Below, one piece after another: positions 32,648 to 42,797 of a stretch of 64,000 nt of DNA (the first letter of the stretch is position 1; the number at the start of each line of letters is the position of its first letter). The notes under the pieces were generated by a model that saw only the letters and a program-made list of their open reading frames with translations, was not told where the DNA came from and did not search any database. The translations under genes were made by a program, and so were the position numbers. The DNA comes from an uncultured Planctomycetota bacterium. Its GTDB lineage: Bacteria; Planctomycetota; Planctomycetia; Isosphaerales; Isosphaeraceae. Where the stretch lies: positions 718,418 to 782,417 of the forward strand of contig CAWJTV010000041.1 in assembly GCA_963845755.1 (NCBI GenBank), in the 5' to 3' direction.

Positions 32648-32707
32648 ATGTCCCATCATTTCGATTCTCCCACGGGACGCGAAGATCCACGATCGCTCGT
32701 GAAATGA
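32648..32707 (+). pseudogene. Possible N-terminal remnant of a DUF4331-like protein
   Basis: RBS (aaggag) then MSHHFDSPTGREDPR, resembling the recalled DUF4331 start, followed by an immediate stop. Confidence 0.4.
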
Positions 32708-32832
32708 ACCGAGCCGGCGTCCTGGTCCATCCGAATCCCGAAATCACGCCTCACGTTGATCATGCAGATCAGCCGATACAATCGATACAATCCCTTCAGG
32801 CCGGCCGCGCCTCGATCGATGAGGACGGGGAC

Positions 32833-33716
32833 ATGCGTCTCAGCAGGACCGCCGCGCTCGCCGTCGCCGTCGCGCTGGTCGGCTCGACCGGTTGCACGGC
32901 CGTGCGGCTGGGGCAGCGGACGATGCGCCAGGCGAGCACGCTCCCCGACCTCCAATATCAGCAGGTGCTCGACAACCTGGCCCGGTTCGTGGACGACCCG
33001 GCGGCACTCCCCTGGCACGTGAATTTCCGAGAGGGGACGACGCAGATCACCGACTCGGCCAGCGCGGGGGCGGCCGTCGACCTGGGGCCGCCGTCGAACA
33101 CCCTGCCACAGCTCTTCGGCTCGCGGACCGTCGTCGTGCAGTGGGGCATGACGCCGGTCATCGAGCATACCGCGCTCCGCTTGTTGCGCATGGCCTATCG
33201 ACGCGCCATCGGCCTGTCCGAGATGCCCGGCCCCGAGTTCTTGAGCGAGCTGGCCCACGAGCTGAAGAACCAGTTCCCCTCCAACGCCGATCAGCGCGTT
33301 GAATCAGACCTCTTCTACGAGCTCGAGTCGGCGAAGAGCCGCAACTACGCCGAGTTTGACTCCCACGTCACGACGACCAACGATGACGAGGTCTGTTCCG
33401 TGGGCCCTCAGGCGATACGTCGCGAACTCTCGCCGCTGGCGCGAAACGTTTGTCGGCAGGTCGATAGTATCCAGGGCGAGCTCGCAAGGATCGGTCCGGG
33501 GTGGTTTCACGTCGGGCGTAAGAAGGATGTTCCCCGGGCGCCTGCTACGTTGGCCGCCATGCCGACCGCTACGTCTGGGTCGGCCCCGAGGGGCGCGAGG
33601 CCCTGACCGAATTCACCCTCACCGTCATGCGGATCTCCACCCTGATCAAGGAGACCCAGACGCTGATCAGCCCCGGCTCGGTGAAGTTCTCGCCAGGCGA
33701 TCACGGAGGTGGTTGA
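32833..33716 (+). CDS. Planctomycete hypothetical lipoprotein (frameshift near 33535)
   Basis: Lipobox 'STGC', 'DLQYQQVLDNLARF', 'GWFHVGRKKDVP..ACYVG...YVWV'. Confidence 0.65.
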
Positions 33717-33850
33717 TGACGGATCCCACTCGCCGGTCGCATCCCAACTCAGGACATGACCCCAAGCAACACCCGAGAGTCCGCAGCCTTCGATCCGCGG
33801 GGGCTTCAAAGCCGCCAAGTTGACGGACGGCTGTCTAGATTCCGGGACGG

Positions 33851-33878
33851 TTGACTCACCGTTGTCGCTTTCTATAAT
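33851..33878 (+). promoter_or_regulatory. Sigma70-like promoter
   Basis: TTGACT-N16-TATAAT upstream of the thioredoxin genes. Confidence 0.6.
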
Positions 33879-34058
33879 CGAGCCTGATAGGATTGGAACT
33901 GTCGAGGCTGGTTCTCCTGCCTTGTTGCGGGAGGGAATGTAAGCAACGAAGACTTCCTCTAACTCTTCATCGACTCATGGGGAGTTGATTGGTTGATTGT
34001 TTGGAGGGGTCTTGTGGCCCTTCCGCTGCAATTCGTATCTCAACAGGAGAGAGCATCC

Positions 34059-34667
34059 ATGCGCAAGGTCCTATTCGGTCTGGTGGCGATCAGTGCGATT
34101 GCCATTCCCGCTCTGGCTGGCAAGTACAACAAGGTCGTGAGCGTGGGCGACAAGGCCCCGGCGTTCTCGGGTCTGCCGGCGATTCAGAATGGCGAGCAAG
34201 TCAGTGTCAGCCTGCCGGACCTCAAGGAAGACGTGGTCGTCGTGGTCTTCCTGGCGAATCACTGCCCGGTCGTCAAGGGCTACGAAGACCGCTTGATCGA
34301 GTTCACCAAGGACTACCGGGACAAGGGCGTGCGGGTCGTCGGGATCGCCGTCTCCTCGATGGAGGAAGACAAGATTCCGGGCATCAAGACCTACATGAAG
34401 GACAAGAAGTCCAATTACACCTATGCCTATGACGAGAGCCAGGAGATCGGCCGCGCTTATGGCGCCACCCGGACCCCGCAGTTCTTCGTTCTGGATAAAG
34501 AGCGGAAGATCCGCTACACCGGGGCGATGGACGACTCTCCGGACAACGAGGCGAAGGTCAGCAAGACCTACCTCCGCGACGCGGTCGACTCCGTCCTGAA
34601 GGGCGAAACGCCCGCGGTTGACGAGACGCGTGCGGTCGGCTGTGGCGTGAGCTACAGCAAGAAGTGA
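34059..34667 (+). CDS. Exported thioredoxin/AhpC-TSA family protein
   Basis: 'VFLANHCPVV', 'YGATRTPQFFVLD', 'YTGAMDD', 'GCGV'. Confidence 0.9.
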   Translation: MRKVLFGLVAISAIAIPALAGKYNKVVSVGDKAPAFSGLPAIQNGEQVSVSLPDLKEDVVVVVFLANHCPVVKGYEDRLIEFTKDYRDKGVRVVGIAVSSMEEDKIPGIKTYMKDKKSNYTYAYDESQEIGRAYGATRTPQFFVLDKERKIRYTGAMDDSPDNEAKVSKTYLRDAVDSVLKGETPAVDETRAVGCGVSYSKK

Positions 34668-34788
34668 GTCGTTGCCAACTCGACTTCTGATTCGTGCGAA
34701 TGCTTGCATGGACCGAGAATTCCAGGGTCGCGGTCCGGCTCCCCGCCGGACCGCGACCCGGCGGTTTCACGGTCTCTGGAGAATCCTG

Positions 34789-35343
34789 ATGAGACTGCCG
34801 GCTTATGTGTTCTCCGCGATCCTCCTGGTCACGGGCTCTTTGGCTCTCGGTCTGGGGAAGGCTGCCTGGTCTGACGACAACAAGCCAACCAACGAGGTCA
34901 AGCTCGAGCGCCTGAACTGGAAGCAATTCCAGGAGCGGCTGGCGAGCAACAAGCAGATCAAGTACACGATGGTTGATGCGTGGTCGACAACGTGCGGCCC
35001 GTGCAAGGAGAATTTCCCACACGTCGTGGAGATGCACAAGAAGTACGGCAAGAAGGGGCTCGCCGTGGTCTCGCTCTCGCTCGACAACCCGGCCAACGCG
35101 AAGGCCGTCGCCGAAGCCGAGAAGTTCCTGAAAGAGAAGAAAGCCGTCTTCACCAACGTCCTGCTCGATGAAGAATTCCCCGAAGGGTTCGACAAGCTGG
35201 ACATCGGCGCTATCCCGGCCGTCTTCCTTTTCGGACCGGATGGCAAGGAAGTGAAGCGGTTCACCATGGATGACCCGAACAATCAATTCACTTACGACGA
35301 AGTAGAAAAGGCCGTTGCGGCGTTGCTCGGCGAGAAGTCCTGA
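34789..35343 (+). CDS. TlpA-family disulfide reductase
   Basis: Signal peptide; 'VDAWSTTCGPCKENFP'. Confidence 0.9.
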   Translation: MRLPAYVFSAILLVTGSLALGLGKAAWSDDNKPTNEVKLERLNWKQFQERLASNKQIKYTMVDAWSTTCGPCKENFPHVVEMHKKYGKKGLAVVSLSLDNPANAKAVAEAEKFLKEKKAVFTNVLLDEEFPEGFDKLDIGAIPAVFLFGPDGKEVKRFTMDDPNNQFTYDEVEKAVAALLGEKS

Positions 35344-35385
35344 GTTGATCCCCAATCTCGATTTTGACAGTTGAGTGTGAGAGCC

Positions 35386-35628
35386 ATGAAAGACGGAATC
35401 CATCCAAAGTATCAAGATTCCTTGGTTACCTGCGGCTGCGGGAACTCGTTCACCACGCGGAGCACCAAGCCCAAGATCATGGTTGAAGTCTGCTCCAAGT
35501 GCCATCCTTACTTCACAGGTTCGGTGAAGTTCGTCGATGCGGCCGGGCGAGTGGACAAATTCAACAAGAAGTTCCAGGGGACCTACGGCAAGGCCAAGAA
35601 GGCGGCCGCCGCGGTTGAGAACGCTTAG
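35386..35628 (+). CDS. rpmE: 50S ribosomal protein L31 (zinc-binding type)
   Basis: MKDGIHPKY...CGCG...[10 protein letters not shown]...GRVDKF. Confidence 0.97.
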   Translation: MKDGIHPKYQDSLVTCGCGNSFTTRSTKPKIMVEVCSKCHPYFTGSVKFVDAAGRVDKFNKKFQGTYGKAKKAAAAVENA

Positions 35629-35650
35629 CGAGGATTGGCGAAGCCTCTGA

Positions 35651-35706
35651 GGACGGCCCGCGGCCAGACCTAACTTCATGGGTCTGGCCGCGGGCCGTCC
35701 TTTTTT
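35651..35706 (+). terminator. Rho-independent terminator after rpmE
   Basis: Perfect 20-bp stem ggacggcccgcggccagacc/ggtctggccgcgggccgtcc followed by T6. Confidence 0.9.
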
Positions 35707-35910
35707 CCTCGAATCACTCAGTCCTTGGGTTCTTGACGGGCTGAGAAGCCTCGAGATGGGGACGCGGTGCTCGAAGACGTTCGGTGATCATCGCGATGAC
35801 CTCATCGGGTGCGCTGTAAGCACCTTCCTCGTGAGGACCATCGGTGCTCACAGCGCACCCGATAAAGGACACCGTCTCATACACGCACCAAGGACTCGAG
35901 GACCAAAGAC

Positions 35911-36981
35911 GTGTTCGAGAAGCTTCAGGCCGACTATCAACGATTCCTGGAGATCGAGCGCGCCTTGCTCGATCCCACGGTGACGGCCGACGCCGCCCGG
36001 GTCTCTTCGCTGGCCAAGGAGCGGGGAACGCTGGCGAAGATCGCGCTGCCTTACGGCCGTTACCTCGAACTGAGTCGCCAGATCGCCGAGGCCGAACAGC
36101 TCTTCGCTAACGAGACGGATGCCGAGATGCGGTCCTATGCCGAGGCCGAGCTGGAGAGCCTCCGCGCCCGCCATCAGCAAGAGGGCGAGGACCTTCGCGA
36201 CATGCTCTACGACCGTCGTGCCGGCACGGGACATGCTGCGTTGATCGTCGAGATCCGCGCGGGAACGGGCGGCGACGAGGCGGCCCTGTTCGCCCGCGAC
36301 CTCTTCGAGATGTACCGAAGGTTCGCCGAGCAGATGGGCTGGAAGTTCGAGACCCTGGACCTCGAACCGACGGAGCTGGCCGGCTTTCGCGAGGTCTCGT
36401 TCAGCGTCTCGGGCGAGGGGGCCTTTCGTCATCTCCAGTTCGAGAGCGGGGGGCATCGGGTTCAGCGCGTGCCCCAGACCGAGGCCCAGGGGAGGATTCA
36501 TACCTCCGCCGCGACGGTCGCCGTCCTACCCGAGCCGGAGGAGGTGGATATCGTGATCCGGACCGAGGATCTGCTCATCGACGTCATGCGGTCCGGAGGC
36601 CCGGGAGGTCAGCATCAGAACAAGACGGAGAGCGGCGTGCGGATTACCCACCTCCCGACCGGCGTGGTGGTCAATTGCCGCGACGAACGCAGCCAGTACA
36701 AGAATAAGTCGAAGGCCATGCGCATCCTCCGCAGCCGGCTGTACGAGCAGATGCGGGAGAGTGCCCGTACCGAGCGTGACGAGACGCGACGCGCCTTGAT
36801 CGGATCCGGCGACCGGTCGCAACGGATCCGGACCTATAACTTCCCGCAGAACCGCGTGACCGATCACCGGATCGGCCTGACGCTCTACAATCTCGACCAG
36901 GTGGTGCAAGGCACCCTGCTCCCCTTGACCAAGGCCCTCATCGAACACGACCGTCGCGAACAGCTCGGCGATCTGGCATGA
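35911..36981 (+). CDS. prfA: Peptide chain release factor 1
   Basis: '[14 protein letters not shown]', 'RVPQTE' (PxT), 'GPGGQ', '[16 protein letters not shown]'. Confidence 0.98.
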   Translation: MFEKLQADYQRFLEIERALLDPTVTADAARVSSLAKERGTLAKIALPYGRYLELSRQIAEAEQLFANETDAEMRSYAEAELESLRARHQQEGEDLRDMLYDRRAGTGHAALIVEIRAGTGGDEAALFARDLFEMYRRFAEQMGWKFETLDLEPTELAGFREVSFSVSGEGAFRHLQFESGGHRVQRVPQTEAQGRIHTSAATVAVLPEPEEVDIVIRTEDLLIDVMRSGGPGGQHQNKTESGVRITHLPTGVVVNCRDERSQYKNKSKAMRILRSRLYEQMRESARTERDETRRALIGSGDRSQRIRTYNFPQNRVTDHRIGLTLYNLDQVVQGTLLPLTKALIEHDRREQLGDLA

Positions 36982-37010
36982 TGAGATCGCGCCTGGATCC
37001 GAAGATCATC

Positions 37011-37069
37011 GGGTGGGTGAAACCCACCGATCACAGACGCCCGAGGTTGGTGGGTTTCACCCACCCTAC
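37011..37069. repeat. REP-like palindrome pair
   Basis: gggtgggtgaaacccacc ... ggtgggtttcacccaccctac (GTAG foot on the minus strand). Confidence 0.8.
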
Positions 37070-37075
37070 ATTGTG

Positions 37076-37990
37076 ATGGATGCCGATCAATCGCCGATTG
37101 CCGAACCGAACCCGGAAGGCCGGTCAGAAGATGCCTGGACCGTCGGGCGGCTCCTGACCTGGACGGCCGACTACCTCAAGCGTCGGGCCTCGGAGAGTCC
37201 GCGGCTCGACGCCGAGGTCATGCTGGCCCATGTGCTGAAGTGGCCGCGGGTCCAGCTCTACACGCAATTCAACGACGAGGTGAACGACGAGCCGCGCGGC
37301 CGGTTTCGCGAGCTGGTCCGCCGCCGTGCCGAGGGATCGCCGGTCGCTTACCTGGTCGGCCGCAAGGAGTTCTACTCGCTGGCTTTCGAGGTGTCCCCGG
37401 CGGTCCTGATCCCGCGTCCGGAGTCCGAGTTTGTCGTGGTCGAGTTCCTCACGGTAACCAAGGGGGTGGAATCGCCCCGCGCCGTGGACATCGGCACTGG
37501 ATCCGGTTGCCTGGCGGTCGCCTCGGCTTTCCGGCACCGCGAGGCGCGGTTCATCGCGATCGACATCAGTGAACAGGCCCTGGCGGTCGCCAGGCGGAAT
37601 GCCGCGCAGCATGGGGTCGCCGACCGGGTCGAATTCCGACTCGGCGATCGCTTCAAGCCGATCGCCGACGAAGGCCCGTTCGACGCGATCGTCTCGAATC
37701 CCCCCTATATCCCCACGGCGCAGATCGACCAACTCGAAGCCGGCGTCCGCGACTATGAGCCGAGGACCGCACTGGACGGCGGACCCACTGGCCTGGAAAT
37801 GGTCGGCCGCTTGATCGAGGAATCCGTCCCCCTCTTGAAGTCCGGCGGCCACCTGATCCTGGAGATCGGCACCGATCAGGAGAAACCCGTACGCTCCTTG
37901 ATCGAGAAACAGGGCCGTCTGCGGCTGGCTCCGACGATCCACGACCATTCCAAGCATCCCCGGGTCATCCGGGCGACTCGGGTGGAATGA
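37076..37990 (+). CDS. prmC: Release factor glutamine methyltransferase
   Basis: 'VLIPRPE', 'DIGTGSG', 'SNPPY', 'ALDGG'; lies downstream of prfA. Confidence 0.97.
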   Translation: MDADQSPIAEPNPEGRSEDAWTVGRLLTWTADYLKRRASESPRLDAEVMLAHVLKWPRVQLYTQFNDEVNDEPRGRFRELVRRRAEGSPVAYLVGRKEFYSLAFEVSPAVLIPRPESEFVVVEFLTVTKGVESPRAVDIGTGSGCLAVASAFRHREARFIAIDISEQALAVARRNAAQHGVADRVEFRLGDRFKPIADEGPFDAIVSNPPYIPTAQIDQLEAGVRDYEPRTALDGGPTGLEMVGRLIEESVPLLKSGGHLILEIGTDQEKPVRSLIEKQGRLRLAPTIHDHSKHPRVIRATRVE

Positions 37991-38115
37991 AGTTGGCCAG
38001 TCCGCGAAGGCAAACTCCATCCGTTCGACCCGCCAGTCCGAGTCCTCGAGATCCCCTCGTAGGGACTTCCACTTCCTACCCCTTGGACTTGAGGAGTCAA
38101 AGACCAAGGAAAGGC

Positions 38116-39015
38116 TCAAACCCTATGCCGCTTGGCCGGGACGCTGCGGAGGGCCTCGGCGAGGTTGCTCATCGACGCCCAGCGCTGATCCTTGCGGCGG
38201 GCGGTCAACTTCCTGAGGATCTGGCAGACCTCATCGGAGAGCTTGGGCTTGACGACGGCCGGATCGAGCGGCTCGGTGTTGATCCGCTGGAGCATCATCG
38301 TGGTGGAGTTGTTCGCGTCGTACGGGAGCCGATCGGTCAGGAGCTCGAACGCCAGGACGCCGAAGGCGAAGATATCGATCCGTTCGTCGATGGGCTCGCG
38401 GCGCAGGAGTTCGGGGGCCATGTACTGCAAGGTCCCGGTCCGATTGCCCGGGCGGCAAAAGGCCGGCGTGTTCGGGACCGACAAGCCGAAATCAATGAGC
38501 TTGACCTGGTGCTCGCGATTGACGAGGAAATTCCGCGGGTTGATATCGTGGTGGATGAACCCCGCGGCATGGACGGCCGCCAACCCCTCGGCCGCCTGGG
38601 CGAGCAACTCCACCTTATCAGCCGTCCGGCCCAAGCGGGCCTCCCGGATGTACTGGAGGCTCACACCGTCGATGTATTCCATCACAAGGTAATGTTCGCC
38701 CTGAGTCGAGTTCCCGTACTCGAAGGTGCGAACGATGTGCGGATGGATGAACTGGCTGGCGATCTCGCCTTCGGGCGGGCGAGCCTGATGGGTCGAGGCC
38801 CGCGCCACCGCCGCCTGGTTCTTCTCGCGCAACTGGGTCTTCAGACAGACTGTCCGACCCGTCTGGTTGTCGATCGCGCGATAGACGCGCGACATGCTGC
38901 CGCGCACCGTCTCGGAGACCAGCGCGAACCGGCGCTGAAGGTTCGTGCGTCCACGATGACCCTTCGCTCCGCTGGACGGTCCCGGACTGAATATTTCTTT
39001 CAGCTTGCTGAGCAT
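38116..39015 (-). CDS. Serine/threonine protein kinase (stand-alone domain)
   Basis: 'GSMSRVY', 'HHDINPRN', 'IDFGL', 'GTLQYMAPE'. Confidence 0.92.
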   Translation of the reverse strand: MLSKLKEIFSPGPSSGAKGHRGRTNLQRRFALVSETVRGSMSRVYRAIDNQTGRTVCLKTQLREKNQAAVARASTHQARPPEGEIASQFIHPHIVRTFEYGNSTQGEHYLVMEYIDGVSLQYIREARLGRTADKVELLAQAAEGLAAVHAAGFIHHDINPRNFLVNREHQVKLIDFGLSVPNTPAFCRPGNRTGTLQYMAPELLRREPIDERIDIFAFGVLAFELLTDRLPYDANNSTTMMLQRINTEPLDPAVVKPKLSDEVCQILRKLTARRKDQRWASMSNLAEALRSVPAKRHRV

Positions 39016-39494
39016 CGAGATGCTCTCCTCGTGCTCATGAATCGATCAGGCATCGACCACACACCCGACGGTCGCGAATGCAATACGACGCCGGGCCACC
39101 ACAGGGAATCCATTCGGAGGCAACTGGGGCACTCCCTTCCCAGTGATCTCGGCAGCCCTGACCCGATCTCAACGGGTCCCCAAGGCATCCATCGCTTCGC
39201 CACTCAACCTCGGGGGCATGGCCGCGGTTTCCGATTCCCCGTACCCGTTCCCGTTGTGAGAGGAAACCAACCTCCCCATATCAATCAGGCAAAGAGGACT
39301 TCGGCCCGAATGCCTGAATCTTACACGAGACCGGTGACTGCGGGAAACGATCCCTCCAATTCATGGGAGTTTGCGTTTCCCATAGTCTACCCGAGATATT
39401 ACGACGCTTGTGAGACCTTGTGACGTGATTTCTCGAAGAAAAAGCATTTCCCATGGATGGATGCCGGCATGCGTGCGTCCGGGAAGCCTGTGGA

Positions 39495-41144
39495 TCAGGG
39501 AAGGTAGCGAGGCGTATTCTGGCCGGGGACCGGGATGAGGCCGGCCGTGCGGGCGAGGATGCGTTCTTCGCCGGATTGATCGTGGAACCGGGCGACCAGC
39601 GAGATGGGGGGGGCGTGATCGGGCCAGTTCTCGTACTCCGAGGTCTGGAGCAGGACGTATCGGCTTTCGGAACCGGGCAGGTAATTCAAGAAGCGAGGAC
39701 TGGGCAACTGGCGAACGCGGCGGCCGATGAAGAAGGCGAGATCCTCAGGCCAGTCATGGAAGGTGTACAGGGACCACTTCCGGGGGATCCACTGGCCGAT
39801 GGCGCGACCCCAGGGGCCTTGACTGTGGCGGTAATTCCACTCGGGGATATAGTAGCCCCAGTGGGCCAGCTTCAAGCCGATCGCCAGGAAGACCAGGGTG
39901 ATCAATCCGCGACGGGGATTCCCGATCCCGAGGGCCGACCAGCCGAGGGCGATGACGACCAGCACCAGCAGGCTCATGGCGATGCCGAGGTTGCGGTAAT
40001 AGGGCATGGTCAGGTTCCAGACGAAGCATCCGCAGATCATCGCGATGAGCCAGAGGGCCAGGACGATCGAGAAGAGGGAGAAAAAGGTGCGGCGGGCGGC
40101 GCGCCCGAGCGTCAGGTCCCAGGCGGATTGGAGGCAGGCCGCGGCGCCGACGAGCAAGCCGGTCAGTGCGAGGATGCGCGCAGCCGGGCCAAGGCCCGGC
40201 ACCAGGGTGCCAGCGATCAGGCTTGGCATCGCCGCCTGGAGCCAGCCGGTGACCCAGGCCCGGCCTTCTGCTGGCCAGGTCTCCCGGACCGCGCGGCTCC
40301 AGGCCAGGAGTGCAAAGGGAATCCAGGGCAGCCCCAGCAGGACGACGCTCGGTGCGAGCGACCAGGCCGGCGATTGGGTCAACGGCAGTGCGAGCGACGC
40401 GGCCCAGAATTCGGCCGAGGTCATGCCGATCGTCATCGCCGACCAGATGATCGCCGTGCCCAGCGGCGGCAGGAGCAGACGGAGGGAGAAGCTTGAGCCG
40501 GGCCTTCCGATCACAATCACCGCCAGCCCGATCGCGACCAGGGGCGGCCATCCTCCGGCCAGGAACGCCAAGGACGCCCACAGCCCGGCTAGTGCGTCCG
40601 ACCTCCGTCTCAGCAGGCGGTCGATCGTTCCCAGCAGGGCCAGCCCGAGGATCATATCGAGGCCCGCGCCGGCCGATCGATCGAAGAGGGCCAGGCTGCC
40701 GAACCAGCACAAGCCGAAAAGGATCGCAGCGCGGTTGCCGAGCGTCCGGGTTGTGCTCCAGGCCAGTATCAACCCGGCAACGATCGCCGCGATGGCAGCC
40801 GGCCAGTGGACCGTGGCGGTGCTGGCACGACCACCCGCGCTGAGCCGGACCAGGCCGAGACTGGGCAGCACTTGCGCCGGCCAGAGGTCCGGCGCCCAGT
40901 AACCGAGGACCTGGCCCATCGGCCCGACCGACTCACGGGCCGCCAGGCCCAACCGTGCCTCCTGCCGGCCCGCGTCCTGGCCGACGGCGCCGACGCCCAC
41001 GAACAGCACCGCCAGCCCCACCAGCACGAGCCCCGTCCACCATCCGGAGGGGAGACTCGACAACGCCGGCGCGGCACTGTCCGCGCGGACCGCCCGTTTC
41101 GTCTGCGGTTGAGAGAGGGTCAACGTGGCCATTTCAGCATCCAT
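39495..41144 (-). CDS. Polytopic membrane protein, ArnT/GT39-like
   Basis: About 12 hydrophobic segments; 'EARLGLAARE' N-terminal loop; 'LPW'. Confidence 0.55.
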   Translation of the reverse strand: MDAEMATLTLSQPQTKRAVRADSAAPALSSLPSGWWTGLVLVGLAVLFVGVGAVGQDAGRQEARLGLAARESVGPMGQVLGYWAPDLWPAQVLPSLGLVRLSAGGRASTATVHWPAAIAAIVAGLILAWSTTRTLGNRAAILFGLCWFGSLALFDRSAGAGLDMILGLALLGTIDRLLRRRSDALAGLWASLAFLAGGWPPLVAIGLAVIVIGRPGSSFSLRLLLPPLGTAIIWSAMTIGMTSAEFWAASLALPLTQSPAWSLAPSVVLLGLPWIPFALLAWSRAVRETWPAEGRAWVTGWLQAAMPSLIAGTLVPGLGPAARILALTGLLVGAAACLQSAWDLTLGRAARRTFFSLFSIVLALWLIAMICGCFVWNLTMPYYRNLGIAMSLLVLVVIALGWSALGIGNPRRGLITLVFLAIGLKLAHWGYYIPEWNYRHSQGPWGRAIGQWIPRKWSLYTFHDWPEDLAFFIGRRVRQLPSPRFLNYLPGSESRYVLLQTSEYENWPDHAPPISLVARFHDQSGEERILARTAGLIPVPGQNTPRYLP

Positions 41145-41213
41145 GCGCCGCCTCCTTGCGGGGCTCCACCAGTGTGCGGTTGCGGTCAACCGCGATCAGC
41201 TCCCGAGATCGGT

Positions 41214-41846
41214 TTACTCGGTCGTGAAGTCAAGGGGTTTCTCCCGCGGGCTCTTGAGGGATTCCTCCGGCGCGCGGTTGCGGTCCACCAACATGTCCGC
41301 CTTGAGCAGCGAGGCCAGCGGCTTGGTCTTCACCATCGCGTAGATGTAACCTGGTACGAGTCCATAATGATAAGTCTGTCGCTCCAGTTCGCTCGCGACA
41401 TCTTCCGGCGTCCATCCGTCGCGTTCGAAGCGATAGATCGCGACGGCCGCCCCTGTCCGGCAGGTCCCCCGGGCGCAGTGGACCAGCGCCGGCCGGCGGG
41501 CCGGGTCGTCCAGGATCTTGAGGATCTCACGGAACTGCCATTCCTCACCGAGACCGTCGCCGGGCATCGGCAGGTTGACGAAGTCCACGCCGAGCCGGCG
41601 GCTCAAGGACCGCTCCGCCTTCATCTCCTCGCCCGGCCATTGGAGGTTGATCACCGTACGGATCCCATAACGCGTCACGGCCTCCCGGAGCTGGTCCCCC
41701 GAGAGCTGGCCACTCCGATAAAGGATGCCTCGCTTGACCTCATCCCAATGGTCCCAGACCAATTGACCGCGGCGGTCCATCGCAATCAGCCAGCCGGCGA
41801 CGATGACGGCGGCCAGCGGAACCAGCCCGGAGAGCACTATTCGCAT
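41214..41846 (-). CDS. Dual-specificity/tyrosine phosphatase family protein
   Basis: 'LYRSGQL', 'GIRTVINL', 'LVHCARGTCRTG' (CX5R). Confidence 0.9.
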   Translation of the reverse strand: MRIVLSGLVPLAAVIVAGWLIAMDRRGQLVWDHWDEVKRGILYRSGQLSGDQLREAVTRYGIRTVINLQWPGEEMKAERSLSRRLGVDFVNLPMPGDGLGEEWQFREILKILDDPARRPALVHCARGTCRTGAAVAIYRFERDGWTPEDVASELERQTYHYGLVPGYIYAMVKTKPLASLLKADMLVDRNRAPEESLKSPREKPLDFTTE

Positions 41847-42103
41847 CGACTAAGGTCCTACGCGGCCACGGGATGCCGATCGATCGGCCCGGTTTGGTGG
41901 AATGACGGGGATTCCGGAGGCGGTGGACGACATGGAGCCTGGCTGTGGACACCCCATCACGGCGGCGAATGGTAGGATAGATCGAGTCCCCGGTCAATCC
42001 GAACCGACTCGGGCCGCCATGATTCGAGGAGTGTCCCCGCGTTGTCGTTGAGGGGTTCGTCCGATAGAATATGCGTGGAATCCCGTCGCCACGGAGTTGC
42101 ACG

Positions 42104-42679
42104 ATGAGCATCCGCACAACCGCCCCGGCCCCCACGCGCCGGGCCACCTTGGACGATTTGATGAACGTCGAGGGGAAAGCTGAATTGATTGGCGGGAGGA
42201 TCGTCCACGACATGCCCACGGGTCACAAACCGAATCGGATCGCCGGCCGGATTTACCGCGGCTTGGACGATCATTCCGAGGCCACAGGTCGCGGTTTTGC
42301 CTACACGGACAGCATGGGATTCGCCGTACCCGAGCTCCCTTCCGGGCGCGAATCCTTCTCACCCGACGCTTCCTTCTATATGGGACCGCCCCCAGACAAT
42401 CCGATGCGGTTCATTGAGGGTCCACCCACTCTTGCCGTCGAAGTCCGGAGCGAGAACGATTACGGCGAGGCGGCCGAGGCGAGGATGGCCGCCAAGCGCG
42501 CCGACTACTTCCTGGCCGGCACAACGGTCGTCTGGGATGTGGACCCCCTCGCCGAATCCGTCCTGAAGTATCAGGCGACTTCGCCCGATCAGCCGATCCG
42601 ATTCAACCGTGGCGATCAGGCCGATGCCGAACCGGCGGTGCCCGGCTGGCGTATTTCCGTAGATCGGGAATCGCCGTAA
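42104..42679 (+). CDS. Uma2-family endonuclease
   Basis: 'ELIGGRIV', 'SPDASF', 'PTLAVEVRS', 'KRADYF.AGT.VVWDVDP'. Confidence 0.9.
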   Translation: MSIRTTAPAPTRRATLDDLMNVEGKAELIGGRIVHDMPTGHKPNRIAGRIYRGLDDHSEATGRGFAYTDSMGFAVPELPSGRESFSPDASFYMGPPPDNPMRFIEGPPTLAVEVRSENDYGEAAEARMAAKRADYFLAGTTVVWDVDPLAESVLKYQATSPDQPIRFNRGDQADAEPAVPGWRISVDRESP

Positions 42680-42797
42680 GTCCTTTGGCGATGGTCGGCG
42701 GTCCGACCGAGGAATAACGACTTACGCAAATAAGCACCTTTGCCATCCTAAAAAAACGATTGTTCTCACCGCTCGTACCTGCACGGAACCATCAATC

